From IMG/VR virus record IMGVR_UViG_3300045988_046639, positions 1 through 37,589 of that record: DNA of 37,589 nt; one strand, 5' to 3'. Under the pieces are notes generated by a model. That model did not search any database, had not been told where the DNA came from, and saw nothing but the letters and a program-made list of their open reading frames with translations. The translations under genes and the position numbers were made by a program. Position 1 is the stretch's first letter, and every line of letters starts with the position of its first letter. Source of the DNA: a virus. Shown piece after piece: positions 1-8,638 of this stretch.

Positions 1-55
1 AATCATTGTATCCTCTTTCTAGTCCTCTCATTGCTTCCGTTAAGAGGTCTAGATT
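1..55. repeat. Terminal 55-bp overlap identical to 37535..37589 (circular closure of the contig)
   Basis: Bases 1-55 recur exactly as the last 55 bases. A minus-strand ORF reads through the junction. Confidence 0.95.
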
Positions 56-76
56 TCTTTTTCTAACCTCTTGCAT
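1..76 (-). CDS. 5' end of a junction-spanning hypothetical gene (continues from 37534 downward)
   Basis: ATG at 76..74 follows AGGTG. It encodes MQEVRKRNLDLLTEA and then joins MRGLERGYND of ORF 37173..37565 once the overlap is collapsed. Confidence 0.6.
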   Translation of the reverse strand, partial: MQEVRKRNLDLLTEAMRGLERGYND

Positions 77-83
77 GATACAC

Positions 84-503
84 CTACGCTAATTTCTTAA
101 TGATGATATTTGCATTCTGAACAGATAAATCTAAGCCACTGTTATTTCCTAGCGTGATTGTATAAGAAGCTCCACAAGGTACTTGAATCAATGTCGCTCC
201 ACTTACATTTCCGTATGCACTTGCAGTAGCTACATTATATAAAGATTCTGTTCCTCCTACTGCTTCTCCATTCTGTTCTAATTCTAAAGAAGCAACTCCT
301 ACCGTTGCGCTTGTGATGTCTGCCGTATATTCTACTTCATAAATTCCTTGTTTCGTCAATGTAAATAGTCCACTTCCTACATCATGAGCAAGCCAACCTT
401 TACATGCACATTGACAAGATTTCGTCCTTACTCTGTCCGTTGGAAATAATACATTTTGTCCATTTGCTACTGTCTGTACTGCCGTTGCTATACTATTAAT
501 CAT
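84..503 (-). CDS. BclA C-terminal-domain-like / C1q-TNF-like jelly-roll protein (no collagen repeats)
   Basis: ATG lies 8 nt after AGGAGG. The beta-rich sequence ends in NANIIIKKLA, resembling the ...SASIIIEKVA end of the Bacillus BclA CTD as I recall it. Confidence 0.5.
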   Translation of the reverse strand: MINSIATAVQTVANGQNVLFPTDRVRTKSCQCACKGWLAHDVGSGLFTLTKQGIYEVEYTADITSATVGVASLELEQNGEAVGGTESLYNVATASAYGNVSGATLIQVPCGASYTITLGNNSGLDLSVQNANIIIKKLA

Positions 504-520
504 TTTCTTTTCCTCCTATA

Positions 521-550
521 TAAAATAAATGGGTAGCCTTTCGACTACCC
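521..550 (-). terminator. Hairpin GGGTAG/CTACCC followed by a T-rich run on the minus strand
   Basis: The stem is at 531-536 / 545-550. The minus-strand downstream sequence is ATTTATTTTAT. Confidence 0.4.
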
Positions 551-585
551 TATAATCCAAAGGCTATTGCCTAATCTCTTTCGAG

Positions 586-1197
586 CTAGATTTGGTTACA
601 TCCGCAACCTGTCATATTATACGCATAATAAGGTGAGCAAGTAAGATATGCAGGTTTTGGTGTTGGTTGCAATGTATTAATGATATTTGCAGATTGTGCC
701 TGTTGACTTAATTGGAAGTTTGCAGTCAATAAATCTCGGTCTCTGTCTGCTAATTTATCACGCAACTCTTGCATTGTGTTCGCATTAATCAATGCTCTTG
801 TTGCTTCGCCTTCTGAGTGAATTGCAGTGGTAATATCACACGTATTCTTAAAGCTCTGTGTATTTACTCCATCAATCGCTCTTTGCGTTGCACAACAACA
901 TTCTTGGTTCTGTTGACCTAGATTCTGCAAGCCTAATTGTGTTGTGTATCGGCTTTCTAAAATGTCTCTTGAGTTTTGGAAACCTTGGCTAGATACATTC
1001 TGATTTGTGTTGAACAAATCACGTTTAATAAATTCTTGATTCATTAATTCGTCATTTTGCAAGTTGCCATTGTTACCCCAATTTCCACCAAACAGTAAGA
1101 ATAAAAGGATAATCCAAATCCAATATCCTCCACCAAATTCATTGTTGTTTCTGTCTGCTAAATCGTACATTGGTTGAATACCATTCATGCTTTCCAT
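586..1197 (-). CDS. Cys-rich membrane-anchored protein; the N-terminus resembles YjcZ-type sporulation peptides
   Basis: ATG lies 8 nt after AGGAGG. It has one TM segment (GGGYWIWIILLFLLFGGNWG), a Q/N-rich body, and CCC and CGC cysteine clusters. Confidence 0.4.
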   Translation of the reverse strand: MESMNGIQPMYDLADRNNNEFGGGYWIWIILLFLLFGGNWGNNGNLQNDELMNQEFIKRDLFNTNQNVSSQGFQNSRDILESRYTTQLGLQNLGQQNQECCCATQRAIDGVNTQSFKNTCDITTAIHSEGEATRALINANTMQELRDKLADRDRDLLTANFQLSQQAQSANIINTLQPTPKPAYLTCSPYYAYNMTGCGCNQI

Positions 1198-1221
1198 TTA
1201 TATTTCCTCCTTTCAACGCAA

Positions 1222-1431
1222 TTAGCGTTTTAGCCCATATTGACTAGCCACGTTTTCAAATTGTTGCTTTTGTTGTGGCGTTAAATTCCCCATCATATTG
1301 CTTAGCAATACTTGGGGATTCTGCCCACTCTGCATTAATTGTTGTAATTGATTAAATGCTTGTGGGTTTCTTTGTTGCAACATCCCCATCAACATTTGTT
1401 GAGGGTTCATCATATTCATTAAAGGATTCAC
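1222..1431 (-). CDS. Small Q/M/N-rich protein, unknown function
   Basis: GTG start lies 8 nt after AAAGGAG and forms a GTGA overlap with the upstream stop. Confidence 0.5.
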   Translation of the reverse strand: MNPLMNMMNPQQMLMGMLQQRNPQAFNQLQQLMQSGQNPQVLLSNMMGNLTPQQKQQFENVASQYGLKR

Positions 1432-1853
1432 GCTTTAAGCTCCTTTCTAGGCGTTTCTTTCTCTGCCTTTATGTTTATATTACTTCCGCCTTTTAGACCT
1501 AATATCATAGCTTCTAGCTTGTCTAAGCGTTGTTCTATGTTATCTTTCTTTGGTTCTGTTTCTTCTTGGAATCTGTATTTCTTGAAACTGCCGTCTAATG
1601 ATTTCATATAGAATACTGAATCATTTCTATCTAGCATAATACTAGGCAAACCATTTACCATCATATTCCTTGCTTCTTGTTCATTATTAACCCATTTTCC
1701 GTTGAAATCATTCAATGCCATGTTAGGCGTGATTTGGTTGTTAATATTAATGGGTGGAATATTCGCTAGTTGTTGAATGTTTTGCAATTGTGATTCAATC
1801 ATCTGCTTTTGATTCATTAAACTGTTGATTCTGTCATTGATTGGATTATACAT
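1428..1853 (-). CDS. Hypothetical protein (Q/N-rich N-terminus)
   Basis: ATG at 1853 lies 6 nt after AGAGGTG. The ORF-track GTG at 1862 sits inside the SD. Confidence 0.6.
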   Translation of the reverse strand: MYNPINDRINSLMNQKQMIESQLQNIQQLANIPPININNQITPNMALNDFNGKWVNNEQEARNMMVNGLPSIMLDRNDSVFYMKSLDGSFKKYRFQEETEPKKDNIEQRLDKLEAMILGLKGGSNINIKAEKETPRKELKA

Positions 1854-1877
1854 TCTACTCACCTCTTTACACTCCTA

Positions 1878-1922
1878 ATTATATTCATGGGAAATCTCAC
1901 TTTGTTTCCACATTAATGTCAA
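1878..1922 (-). promoter_or_regulatory. Perfect TTGACA (1922..1917) and TATAAT (1883..1878) separated by a non-canonical 33 nt
   Basis: Read directly on the minus strand, between the terminator at 1930-1957 and the cargo genes. Confidence 0.3.
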
Positions 1923-1929
1923 ATAAATG

Positions 1930-1957
1930 CCAAAAAAAAGAGGTTTTTCAACCTCTT
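1930..1957 (-). terminator. Rho-independent terminator after the sigma-r4-like gene
   Basis: The minus strand reads AAGAGGT-tgaaaa-ACCTCTT followed by TTTTTTTT. It overlaps the stop codon at 1956-1958. Confidence 0.75.
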
Positions 1958-2222
1958 AATTCTCGTCTAGATACGTTTCTTTTTCACTGCTTTTTCTTGG
2001 TGGTAAAACTGCGCTATACTTCTCTACTTCATCATACTTGTTCTTAATCCTTTTAATAATTCTATTTACACTAGAAACACTCATATTCAATCGGTCGGCT
2101 TGTTCTCTAACTGTCCATCCGTATATTCTTGTTCTTAGAATCATTTCTTCATCTTTAGTTAATAAAGCTAGATTAATAAATTCTTCTAAAATAATCTTAT
2201 TCCAAGGTACTTGATTCGTCAT
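1956..2222 (-). CDS. Sigma-70 region-4-like HTH regulator (88 aa)
   Basis: The pattern LTKDEEMILRTRIYGWTVREQADRLNMSVSSVNRIIKRIKNK is typical of region-4/LuxR-type HTH domains. The ATG overlaps the holin 3' end by 26 nt. Confidence 0.55.
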   Translation of the reverse strand: MTNQVPWNKIILEEFINLALLTKDEEMILRTRIYGWTVREQADRLNMSVSSVNRIIKRIKNKYDEVEKYSAVLPPRKSSEKETYLDEN

Positions 2223-2697
2223 TGTCTTCGTTAACGATTTTATCCGCTACTTCCAAACCTTTAGTTAATACACTAGGTACGCTATATCCACATTGTACAA
2301 GATTCTCAATAATGCTACGCACTTCATTAATGCATAAAGAAGCTAACACAAACCAACCTAATAATGTAGTTACATGGAAATCAATTCCTAGCATTTTTCC
2401 AATCTCTACCAAGAATGCACTGAACGTGAACGCAACTACAATCATAATCCAATAGCCTAGCTTTTTAAGGACTCCAATCCATCCTTTATTGCTATTGATT
2501 TTGTGATTAATCGCCGACTTCATGCACCCTGTAATATAATCCACGACGTTCATAAATAAGAAGAACGCAAATAAATACCAATGCTCGCCTAATACGTATG
2601 TTAATACGGCTACGGCTACACCACCAATTGCATTCATCTTGTCTAGAAAATACATACTTCTTGTTATTTGTTTAAATCCTCCATTTTTCTTTTCTAT
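2197..2697 (-). CDS. Holin (phage_holin_4 / TcdE-like, multi-TM)
   Basis: TM-rich sequence with GGVAVAVLTYVLGEHWYLFAFFLFMNVVDYITG. The probable start is ATA at 2697, 8 nt after AAGGAG; the ORF-track GTG at 2706 lies inside the SD. Confidence 0.8.
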   Translation of the reverse strand: MEKKNGGFKQITRSMYFLDKMNAIGGVAVAVLTYVLGEHWYLFAFFLFMNVVDYITGCMKSAINHKINSNKGWIGVLKKLGYWIMIVVAFTFSAFLVEIGKMLGIDFHVTTLLGWFVLASLCINEVRSIIENLVQCGYSVPSVLTKGLEVADKIVNEDNDESSTLE

Positions 2698-2709
2698 TAA
2701 ATTCACTCC

Positions 2710-3723
2710 TTACATGATTTTTAAATTATCAACCTCTAATTCTAAGGTTCTATATCCACTTTTAATGACTTCAAATATATTTCTAATTCTCGCAGTCATT
2801 ACTAGTCCAATATCTGCTACTATAACATCAACTTTATCACCTAAATCAAAATCAACTTTGTATTCGTATGAATCAGTATTCAATCCGAAATTCACATTTT
2901 CTTGAATTTGACAATCTGCTAGTTTTTCAATTCCTTTCTGAATAAGTACCTTTTTATATTCATCAAGTGTCACATCGTCCCCCATACGCTCAGAACGTGC
3001 GTCTACGAACAATTTTTTAATTCTTTCATTCTTATCTATTCTAGCGTCATATTCAACGTATATACGCTCTTCTGATTGTCCTTCACCACAAATGATTGCA
3101 TAGTTCTTGTATTTACTTGAGTCAATCATAACGTCCGGTTCTTCAATGTTTCCAAACTCTGTAGAGAATGTGACAAAGTTGTTTCCATCTGCATTGTTTT
3201 GAGTTAAATCACGCCCTCGATACAACACGAATGTGAACGTACTTGATACATAGTCATATTCTATACGGAACGACAATTCTAACGGATATAACAACTCATA
3301 AAGCTTCTCGTCAAGGTTCGCTCCTGTTTCTTGAAAATCTACTCTATCGGTAATGGATTCATCATATCTATACCCCATTTTCCATGAGCAATACTTGTCT
3401 AATAGCTTTTTGACCACATCAACAATTTTTCCGCTACTTGAGAATGTAGGATAAATACAATCATCTGCTAGAATCTTTTCAAAGAAAGAACCTTTTAATA
3501 GCATTTGTTTCGTGTTGTTTGAAACGGAATAATGCGGTATTTCTACAATTCCTAACTCTTTATCCTCAGTTGAATAAATATATTTGATATCGCTCGAATA
3601 CTGCCCTATATCAATATAAATCTCGAAATCTCCTGTTTCATAATATCGCCGATTCCACTGCACGTTATAAGGTGCTAGATGTGTAACAATATTGAAATCT
3701 TTATCTAATCCAAAGTAAGACAT
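2710..3723 (-). CDS. Tail/baseplate protein (siphovirus Gp37-like, Tal position)
   Basis: Position immediately after Dit, and the N-terminal MSYFGLDKDFNIV... pattern. The family assignment is from memory only. Confidence 0.5.
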   Translation of the reverse strand: MSYFGLDKDFNIVTHLAPYNVQWNRRYYETGDFEIYIDIGQYSSDIKYIYSTEDKELGIVEIPHYSVSNNTKQMLLKGSFFEKILADDCIYPTFSSSGKIVDVVKKLLDKYCSWKMGYRYDESITDRVDFQETGANLDEKLYELLYPLELSFRIEYDYVSSTFTFVLYRGRDLTQNNADGNNFVTFSTEFGNIEEPDVMIDSSKYKNYAIICGEGQSEERIYVEYDARIDKNERIKKLFVDARSERMGDDVTLDEYKKVLIQKGIEKLADCQIQENVNFGLNTDSYEYKVDFDLGDKVDVIVADIGLVMTARIRNIFEVIKSGYRTLELEVDNLKIM

Positions 3724-3724
3724 A

Positions 3725-4594
3725 CTATAAACCTAAATACCTTTCATTATAGTAAACAGTGCAAGCTAGGTTGGTATCTCCGTTGTCTGCCGTATATCCT
3801 ATGATATTCTCACCTAAATTAATAGTCATATCATTGAATGATGATGTTCTATCAACTTTGCCGATACAATTCACACCATTTTTCTTTATCGAAATAGGTT
3901 CAGAAACTAAATCAATTTCTAATACATCACCATTGTGTAGCGTATCTAATACACGAATATATTTATCTTTGTTGAATAGTTTCGGATTTGTTACCTCTCC
4001 AAACGCTTCAATAACGGCTCTACAATATGTTTCTGTATCGCCTTGATTATCAATATAGATTTCTCTAGCGAATGTAAATGTTCCAAAGTTTACGCCTGTT
4101 TCCGGTATTTCAAAATTGAACGCTAAACCTTCACCAATTTCTGCTATATTCCTTGCGAAATCATCAAATGAAAGCAACAAAGGTTGCGTGCATAGAATTG
4201 TAAAGTTAAGCTCTAAATCTTTGTAGATGTTAACTGTAGGCAAGCTATATGCGTATAACCTTCCTCTGCAATACTTCTTTTCTCCCATGTACTCAACTAT
4301 AATGTCAAACACATGAGAATATTGGAAGAAGCGCCGTAGCTTCTCCCTTTCTTCTCTTTTTTCTTCTAGTGAACCTTTGAAGGTAGCTTTCACACTTCTT
4401 TCTTTTGTTGGAATACGTGAACCGATTAATCTAGCACCGTTTCCGAATGCGTTGTCTTGTGTTGTATATGAAGGTGCTACATAATCAAATCCATCTAAAC
4501 CATCACTAGATGGTATTCTCCATCTTTTGTTGTCGATTTCAAATTCTTTGCCATCATCCCTACGGACGATAACTCTTACTTTATTGATATCTAT
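3725..4594 (-). CDS. Distal tail protein (Dit)
   Basis: The frame is open to 4639 with no ATG/GTG/TTG upstream of 4393. ATA at 4594 lies 9 nt after GGAGG and overlaps the TMP stop (ATAG). The N-terminal extension is IDINKVRVIVRRDDGKEFEIDNKRW... Confidence 0.8.
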   Translation of the reverse strand: MDINKVRVIVRRDDGKEFEIDNKRWRIPSSDGLDGFDYVAPSYTTQDNAFGNGARLIGSRIPTKERSVKATFKGSLEEKREEREKLRRFFQYSHVFDIIVEYMGEKKYCRGRLYAYSLPTVNIYKDLELNFTILCTQPLLLSFDDFARNIAEIGEGLAFNFEIPETGVNFGTFTFAREIYIDNQGDTETYCRAVIEAFGEVTNPKLFNKDKYIRVLDTLHNGDVLEIDLVSEPISIKKNGVNCIGKVDRTSSFNDMTINLGENIIGYTADNGDTNLACTVYYNERYLGL

Positions 4595-7170
4595 TGAACA
4601 ACACCTCCATATCCATATCTTGCTTGCATACGTAACATTCTAGCAATTTCATCCGGACTTTGAACTTTATTGTAGAAGTTGATAGTCTGTCCATTGTTAT
4701 TTGTCGTTACGCTTGGCATGATTTGAGCCATATCTTTAGCTACGGCACGAATCCACGCTTTATTTTTTTCTAAAGGTACGACGGCTTCTGCACCATTACC
4801 TTCTAACAAGCCAATTTGACCACGTTTTAATACACCACCACGTTCTAATCTTGGAATCTTTCCAATGTGAACACCTGGAATCTTATTGATGATTCCGATT
4901 GCACCGTTAATGCCACCGATAACACCATTTACCATTCCTTTTACACTAGAGACTAATGAACCTACTGCTCCTTCAATTCCACTAAATACACCACTTACAA
5001 ATCCTTTTAAACCGCTCCATGAATTCTGTATTCCTTGTAGAACATTTGAAATTTTATTTCCTACATTGTCCATCACACCTTGAACTTTAGACCAAATGCC
5101 ATTAAATACATCAGAAACAGTACTCTTAACATTATTGAAATATTTATTAATATTATCAATAACACCTTGAACCTTGTCTCTTACCTTGTTCATGGAATCT
5201 TGAATTTTACTCCAAATTTTGTTTATGATATCCGAAACCGTCTTAAATAAATTGCTTACGAACCCAATAATCGCAGTAACTACTTCGCTAACCTTACTCC
5301 AAATATTCTGAGCAACCGTTAATATTACAGACCAAATATTCGCTACGATTGTAGCTACAATTTGAACAATAGGCATGATAAATCCTAGTATTGTTGCAAT
5401 TGCAGTTCCTACATACGTCACAACCATAGTTATAAATGAAATGATTCCACTTACCACACTTCCAACAACTTGAAGGATAGATGTTATTACAGGAATCATG
5501 CCGATAACTGTTTGAATAATCTTCTTAATGATTGCTAGAATTGGTGGTCCTACAACGCTAAGAATCTTTTGAGCTTGGTTAACAACATTTTGAATTGCGT
5601 TACCAATTTTACCTAAGATTTCTTTTGCGATAGGTTCAAGCGCAACTTTCATTTCATCAATAGCTTTTCTAACTTCATCAAACGCAGGAGCTAACACTTC
5701 GGAAACTTGATTTGTTAATTCTGTAATTCCACTTGTATCAATCTTACTTAATACGCTTGAAATTACATCACCAACTTTAGCAAATCCTTGTTGAATGCCT
5801 TGAATTGCTACTGTAATCAATCCTACAATGCCTGCAAGAATAGGGGTAATAAGTTCGCCTATTGGAGTAAATGAATCAAGAAATGCGCGTCCTAAGCCAC
5901 TTAAAGCGTTCTTTAAGCCACCATTTGCGATATCTTTAACTTTATCCATTGCCCCTTCTACATCTTTATATTTATTCCCTACTGTTGTTAAGGACTGAAT
6001 GAATCCGGCGTTGAAATCTTCTCCCATTGTACCGAATGCTTTAGCCATCTTTTGACGCTTTTCTTCTTCGTTAGTTGTAGTTCGTATATCTTCAACAATA
6101 GCGTTAATTACTTCTTTTTCTGTCGCTCCACCTTCTTGCCAAGCTTTAAACATATCCTGTGTCTTATCGTTAAACATATCTAGTGAATCGCTAACAGTTC
6201 CATCTGCAATTCGGTTTGTAACTTCGTTGATTGCGTCATTTACTTTATCAAGGTTATAAGCTCCACCGTCTAAACCATTTTGCATTAATTGGAAATATTC
6301 CTTTGCCGAATATCCTGCTTGCTTAAATTTACCGGAGTATTCCGAAATGTTGTCACCTAACTCATCTGATTTGTTTAAACCATTCTGAGCACCTGTAGCC
6401 ATAAGGTCGAAAGCTTCTTGAGAAGTGATTCCGAACTGCTTCATTAATTGTTGAGCGCCTCTAAGAGTTTCATTCTCATCCATATCGAATGTATCTCTTA
6501 AAGTTAATAAATCCTCGGTCACGTTCTTTAGGTCAACATCACTTATGCCTTGCATTTGTTGCTTGACTCTGCCCATCATATCGGCAACATCTGAAACATC
6601 TTCACCGAAATTATTAGACCAAACATCACGAGCAATGTTTTTAAATTTGCTCATTTCATTACTTGAAGCACCTGTCTGAGCTTGGAATTTAGCCATAGCG
6701 TCATCTAATTCAGTAGCTTGGTTAACACCTGTTTTAATCGCTAATGCCATTCCACCGATAGCTCCTGCTACGGCAGTAACGCCTACAACACCTCCAACTC
6801 CTAACCCTGTTAAAGTTTCAGTGATTGCAGTAGCTTCCGGACTAATATTCTGAATCTTTCCTAATAGTCCATCAAATCCACCTTGAATTGATTCTAAGGC
6901 ACTGTTTCCTACTTGTTTAAATACATCAAATTTAGAACCTGTTTCTTGCGTTTCTGTTTGTGTATTCTTTTGCTCTTCGTTTAATTCTTTAAGTTTATCT
7001 TTAATTTTTGGTGGTGCTTTTGAACCATCAGAACCTAGCTTGTCGATTGCTTTTGAAGTATCTTTGATAGCATTTGTTGCTTTACTTGATACCTTGCTAA
7101 CCGATTCAATACCATTTTCAAGACCACTTGTATCTAGCCTTGTATCGAACTTTAATGTTCCATCTGCTAT
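4591..7170 (-). CDS. Tape measure protein (about 860 aa)
   Basis: Long helical and TM-rich protein in the expected position. The frame is open to 7170 and the first canonical start is 140 codons in. ATA at 7170 follows the GGAGGTGG SD and gives (M)ADGTLKFDTRLDTSGLENG... Confidence 0.9.
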   Translation of the reverse strand: MADGTLKFDTRLDTSGLENGIESVSKVSSKATNAIKDTSKAIDKLGSDGSKAPPKIKDKLKELNEEQKNTQTETQETGSKFDVFKQVGNSALESIQGGFDGLLGKIQNISPEATAITETLTGLGVGGVVGVTAVAGAIGGMALAIKTGVNQATELDDAMAKFQAQTGASSNEMSKFKNIARDVWSNNFGEDVSDVADMMGRVKQQMQGISDVDLKNVTEDLLTLRDTFDMDENETLRGAQQLMKQFGITSQEAFDLMATGAQNGLNKSDELGDNISEYSGKFKQAGYSAKEYFQLMQNGLDGGAYNLDKVNDAINEVTNRIADGTVSDSLDMFNDKTQDMFKAWQEGGATEKEVINAIVEDIRTTTNEEEKRQKMAKAFGTMGEDFNAGFIQSLTTVGNKYKDVEGAMDKVKDIANGGLKNALSGLGRAFLDSFTPIGELITPILAGIVGLITVAIQGIQQGFAKVGDVISSVLSKIDTSGITELTNQVSEVLAPAFDEVRKAIDEMKVALEPIAKEILGKIGNAIQNVVNQAQKILSVVGPPILAIIKKIIQTVIGMIPVITSILQVVGSVVSGIISFITMVVTYVGTAIATILGFIMPIVQIVATIVANIWSVILTVAQNIWSKVSEVVTAIIGFVSNLFKTVSDIINKIWSKIQDSMNKVRDKVQGVIDNINKYFNNVKSTVSDVFNGIWSKVQGVMDNVGNKISNVLQGIQNSWSGLKGFVSGVFSGIEGAVGSLVSSVKGMVNGVIGGINGAIGIINKIPGVHIGKIPRLERGGVLKRGQIGLLEGNGAEAVVPLEKNKAWIRAVAKDMAQIMPSVTTNNNGQTINFYNKVQSPDEIARMLRMQARYGYGGVVQ

Positions 7171-7190
7171 TCAATGTGCCACCTCCTTTT

Positions 7191-7754
7191 CTAAACATCA
7201 AAATATGAATCGAATTCATCTTTCATTTCTTGTTCCTCTAATGTTAATTCGATTGGGAAAGACCACGCTTCTTTTGCTCGTTGGTACGCTTTATCTTGTG
7301 TATCATTCTTTGAAGGCTTTTCATACCCACGAACACTCTTTGCATATCCCCACAATGTAGAATCACTAACAACATTATTCGCTAGTGCTAAGAACTTGTG
7401 CCAATGCATATTGCACTCTGTTAAATCAATGCCGTAAAGTTGCATAAAAGCCGAATAAATATATTCCCCATCTTGTACATAGTCCAATGTTTTAACGCCT
7501 GTAGAATCACTTCTAGGTGTACTAGAAGGGTTATATAAGAATCGTTCTAGTTCATTTAAAATATGTTGGTCTATGATAGGTGGTTCATCTACGAACAAAT
7601 AAGAGCAATCTATTTCATCAATAACATGATTATTGAATCTTTCAAATTCTTCATAAAACCTTATCCACAATCGAAAATCTGTATTTAATAAAATAGGCTC
7701 GCCATCTAGCGACTGAATGCTATTTGGCAAGCCTTTTATGCGTAAATCAATCAT
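7191..7754 (-). CDS. Gp15-like tail assembly protein
   Basis: MIDLRIKGLPNSI...NTDFRLWIRF pattern, position just upstream of the TMP, and an ATGA overlap with the upstream gene. Confidence 0.6.
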   Translation of the reverse strand: MIDLRIKGLPNSIQSLDGEPILLNTDFRLWIRFYEEFERFNNHVIDEIDCSYLFVDEPPIIDQHILNELERFLYNPSSTPRSDSTGVKTLDYVQDGEYIYSAFMQLYGIDLTECNMHWHKFLALANNVVSDSTLWGYAKSVRGYEKPSKNDTQDKAYQRAKEAWSFPIELTLEEQEMKDEFDSYFDV

Positions 7755-8113
7755 TTCTTCGCCGAAATGTTAGAAACAGTTTTGCTTGCGTCAAGAAATT
7801 GCTTCATTCCATTTGTTCCGAATGTTGTTTTTAATTTCTTTTCTAACTGTTCAACCGTTTTCTTTGAATATTCATCATCAATCAAATTGACAATATACAA
7901 TACTTCCATCAAATCAACTTGTTCAAAGTCTGCACTTCCTAGCATGCTTTCAATTTGTTCATCTGTTAATACTGTTTTCAGATAGTCGAATTTTGCTCGA
8001 TATGCTTCTTCATGCGTTGAGTGAAATGCATTACAAGCGTCCTCTGCTTTTAAAACTTCAATTGTTTTTGGTGGGATTTCGTACTGTTTCCCTTCATACG
8101 TGATTCTATTCAT
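7751..8113 (-). CDS. Tail assembly chaperone-like protein
   Basis: Position between the major tail protein and Gp15-like/TMP genes. ATG lies 5 nt after GAAGAGGT. Confidence 0.45.
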   Translation of the reverse strand: MNRITYEGKQYEIPPKTIEVLKAEDACNAFHSTHEEAYRAKFDYLKTVLTDEQIESMLGSADFEQVDLMEVLYIVNLIDDEYSKKTVEQLEKKLKTTFGTNGMKQFLDASKTVSNISAKK

Positions 8114-8131
8114 GATTTACCTCTTCTTTCT

Positions 8132-8638
8132 TTATACTTCTGATGTGCCTTCTGTGAAGGTTACTGTTCCATCTGCTACCTTTGCAACACCGACACGAAT
8201 ATCGCTTGCAAAGTTAATATTGAAGTTGATTTTTGAATCGGCACCGCTTAATGTATCGAAAATCAATTTAGCGTCAACTTCCCACGCTTTATAGCCTTTA
8301 GTTTTGTCTCCGTCAAACATGAATACAAGTAAAGCTTTTGTATTTACTTCTTCATTGTTTGGTACGGATTTCATCATTTGTTCGTAAATATATTCAAAGT
8401 CATCTTCGCCTTTAATCATTGTTAAATCTTGCGAAATCTGAGGTGAATAACTCTTTAATGATTCGGTTGGGTTCTTATCTGCGATAAAGTCATACGTTTC
8501 AGTTTCACTGTTAAATGAAATATCTAAAGTTGTAGATTTCTTAATTCGCTTGTAACCTTCTCCCATTTGTAAGAACAATCCAATCATATACTTCTTGACT
8601 GTTTGCCCTGTATTTACTTCAGTTCCTTGAGTTGCTAT
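8132..8638 (-). CDS. Major tail protein
   Basis: Position and size. ATA at 8638 lies 8 nt after AAGGAG (TAATA overlap with the upstream stop). The internal ATG at 8587 has no SD. Confidence 0.65.
   Translation of the reverse strand: MATQGTEVNTGQTVKKYMIGLFLQMGEGYKRIKKSTTLDISFNSETETYDFIADKNPTESLKSYSPQISQDLTMIKGEDDFEYIYEQMMKSVPNNEEVNTKALLVFMFDGDKTKGYKAWEVDAKLIFDTLSGADSKINFNINFASDIRVGVAKVADGTVTFTEGTSEV

Noticed and set aside
1-55. The terminal 55-bp repeat as a biological direct terminal repeat or att site.
   Set aside because: A coding sequence reads straight through it, and the length matches a typical assembler k-mer overlap. A circularisation artefact is the simpler explanation, though only read mapping can prove it.
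4886-5083. Plus-strand ORFs from the track that lie inside well-supported minus-strand genes. Examples are 1841..2047, 2222..2455, 3759..4046, 4886..5083, 7040..7360, 12746..13114, 17141..17509, 18238..18441, 24320..24634, 30934..31155 and 35752..35961.
   Set aside because: They are antisense to long genes with recognisable products. They have no SD-spaced starts and encode low-complexity Leu/Ser/Phe-rich sequence, which is typical of the reverse frame of AT-rich coding DNA.
7191-8113. A programmed -1 frameshift between the two genes upstream of the tape measure (G/GT-type chaperone).
   Set aside because: The two ORFs are joined by a simple ATGA overlap with a separate start. I saw no slippery heptamer with an extended overlapping frame, and the second gene looks like the independent Gp15 type.
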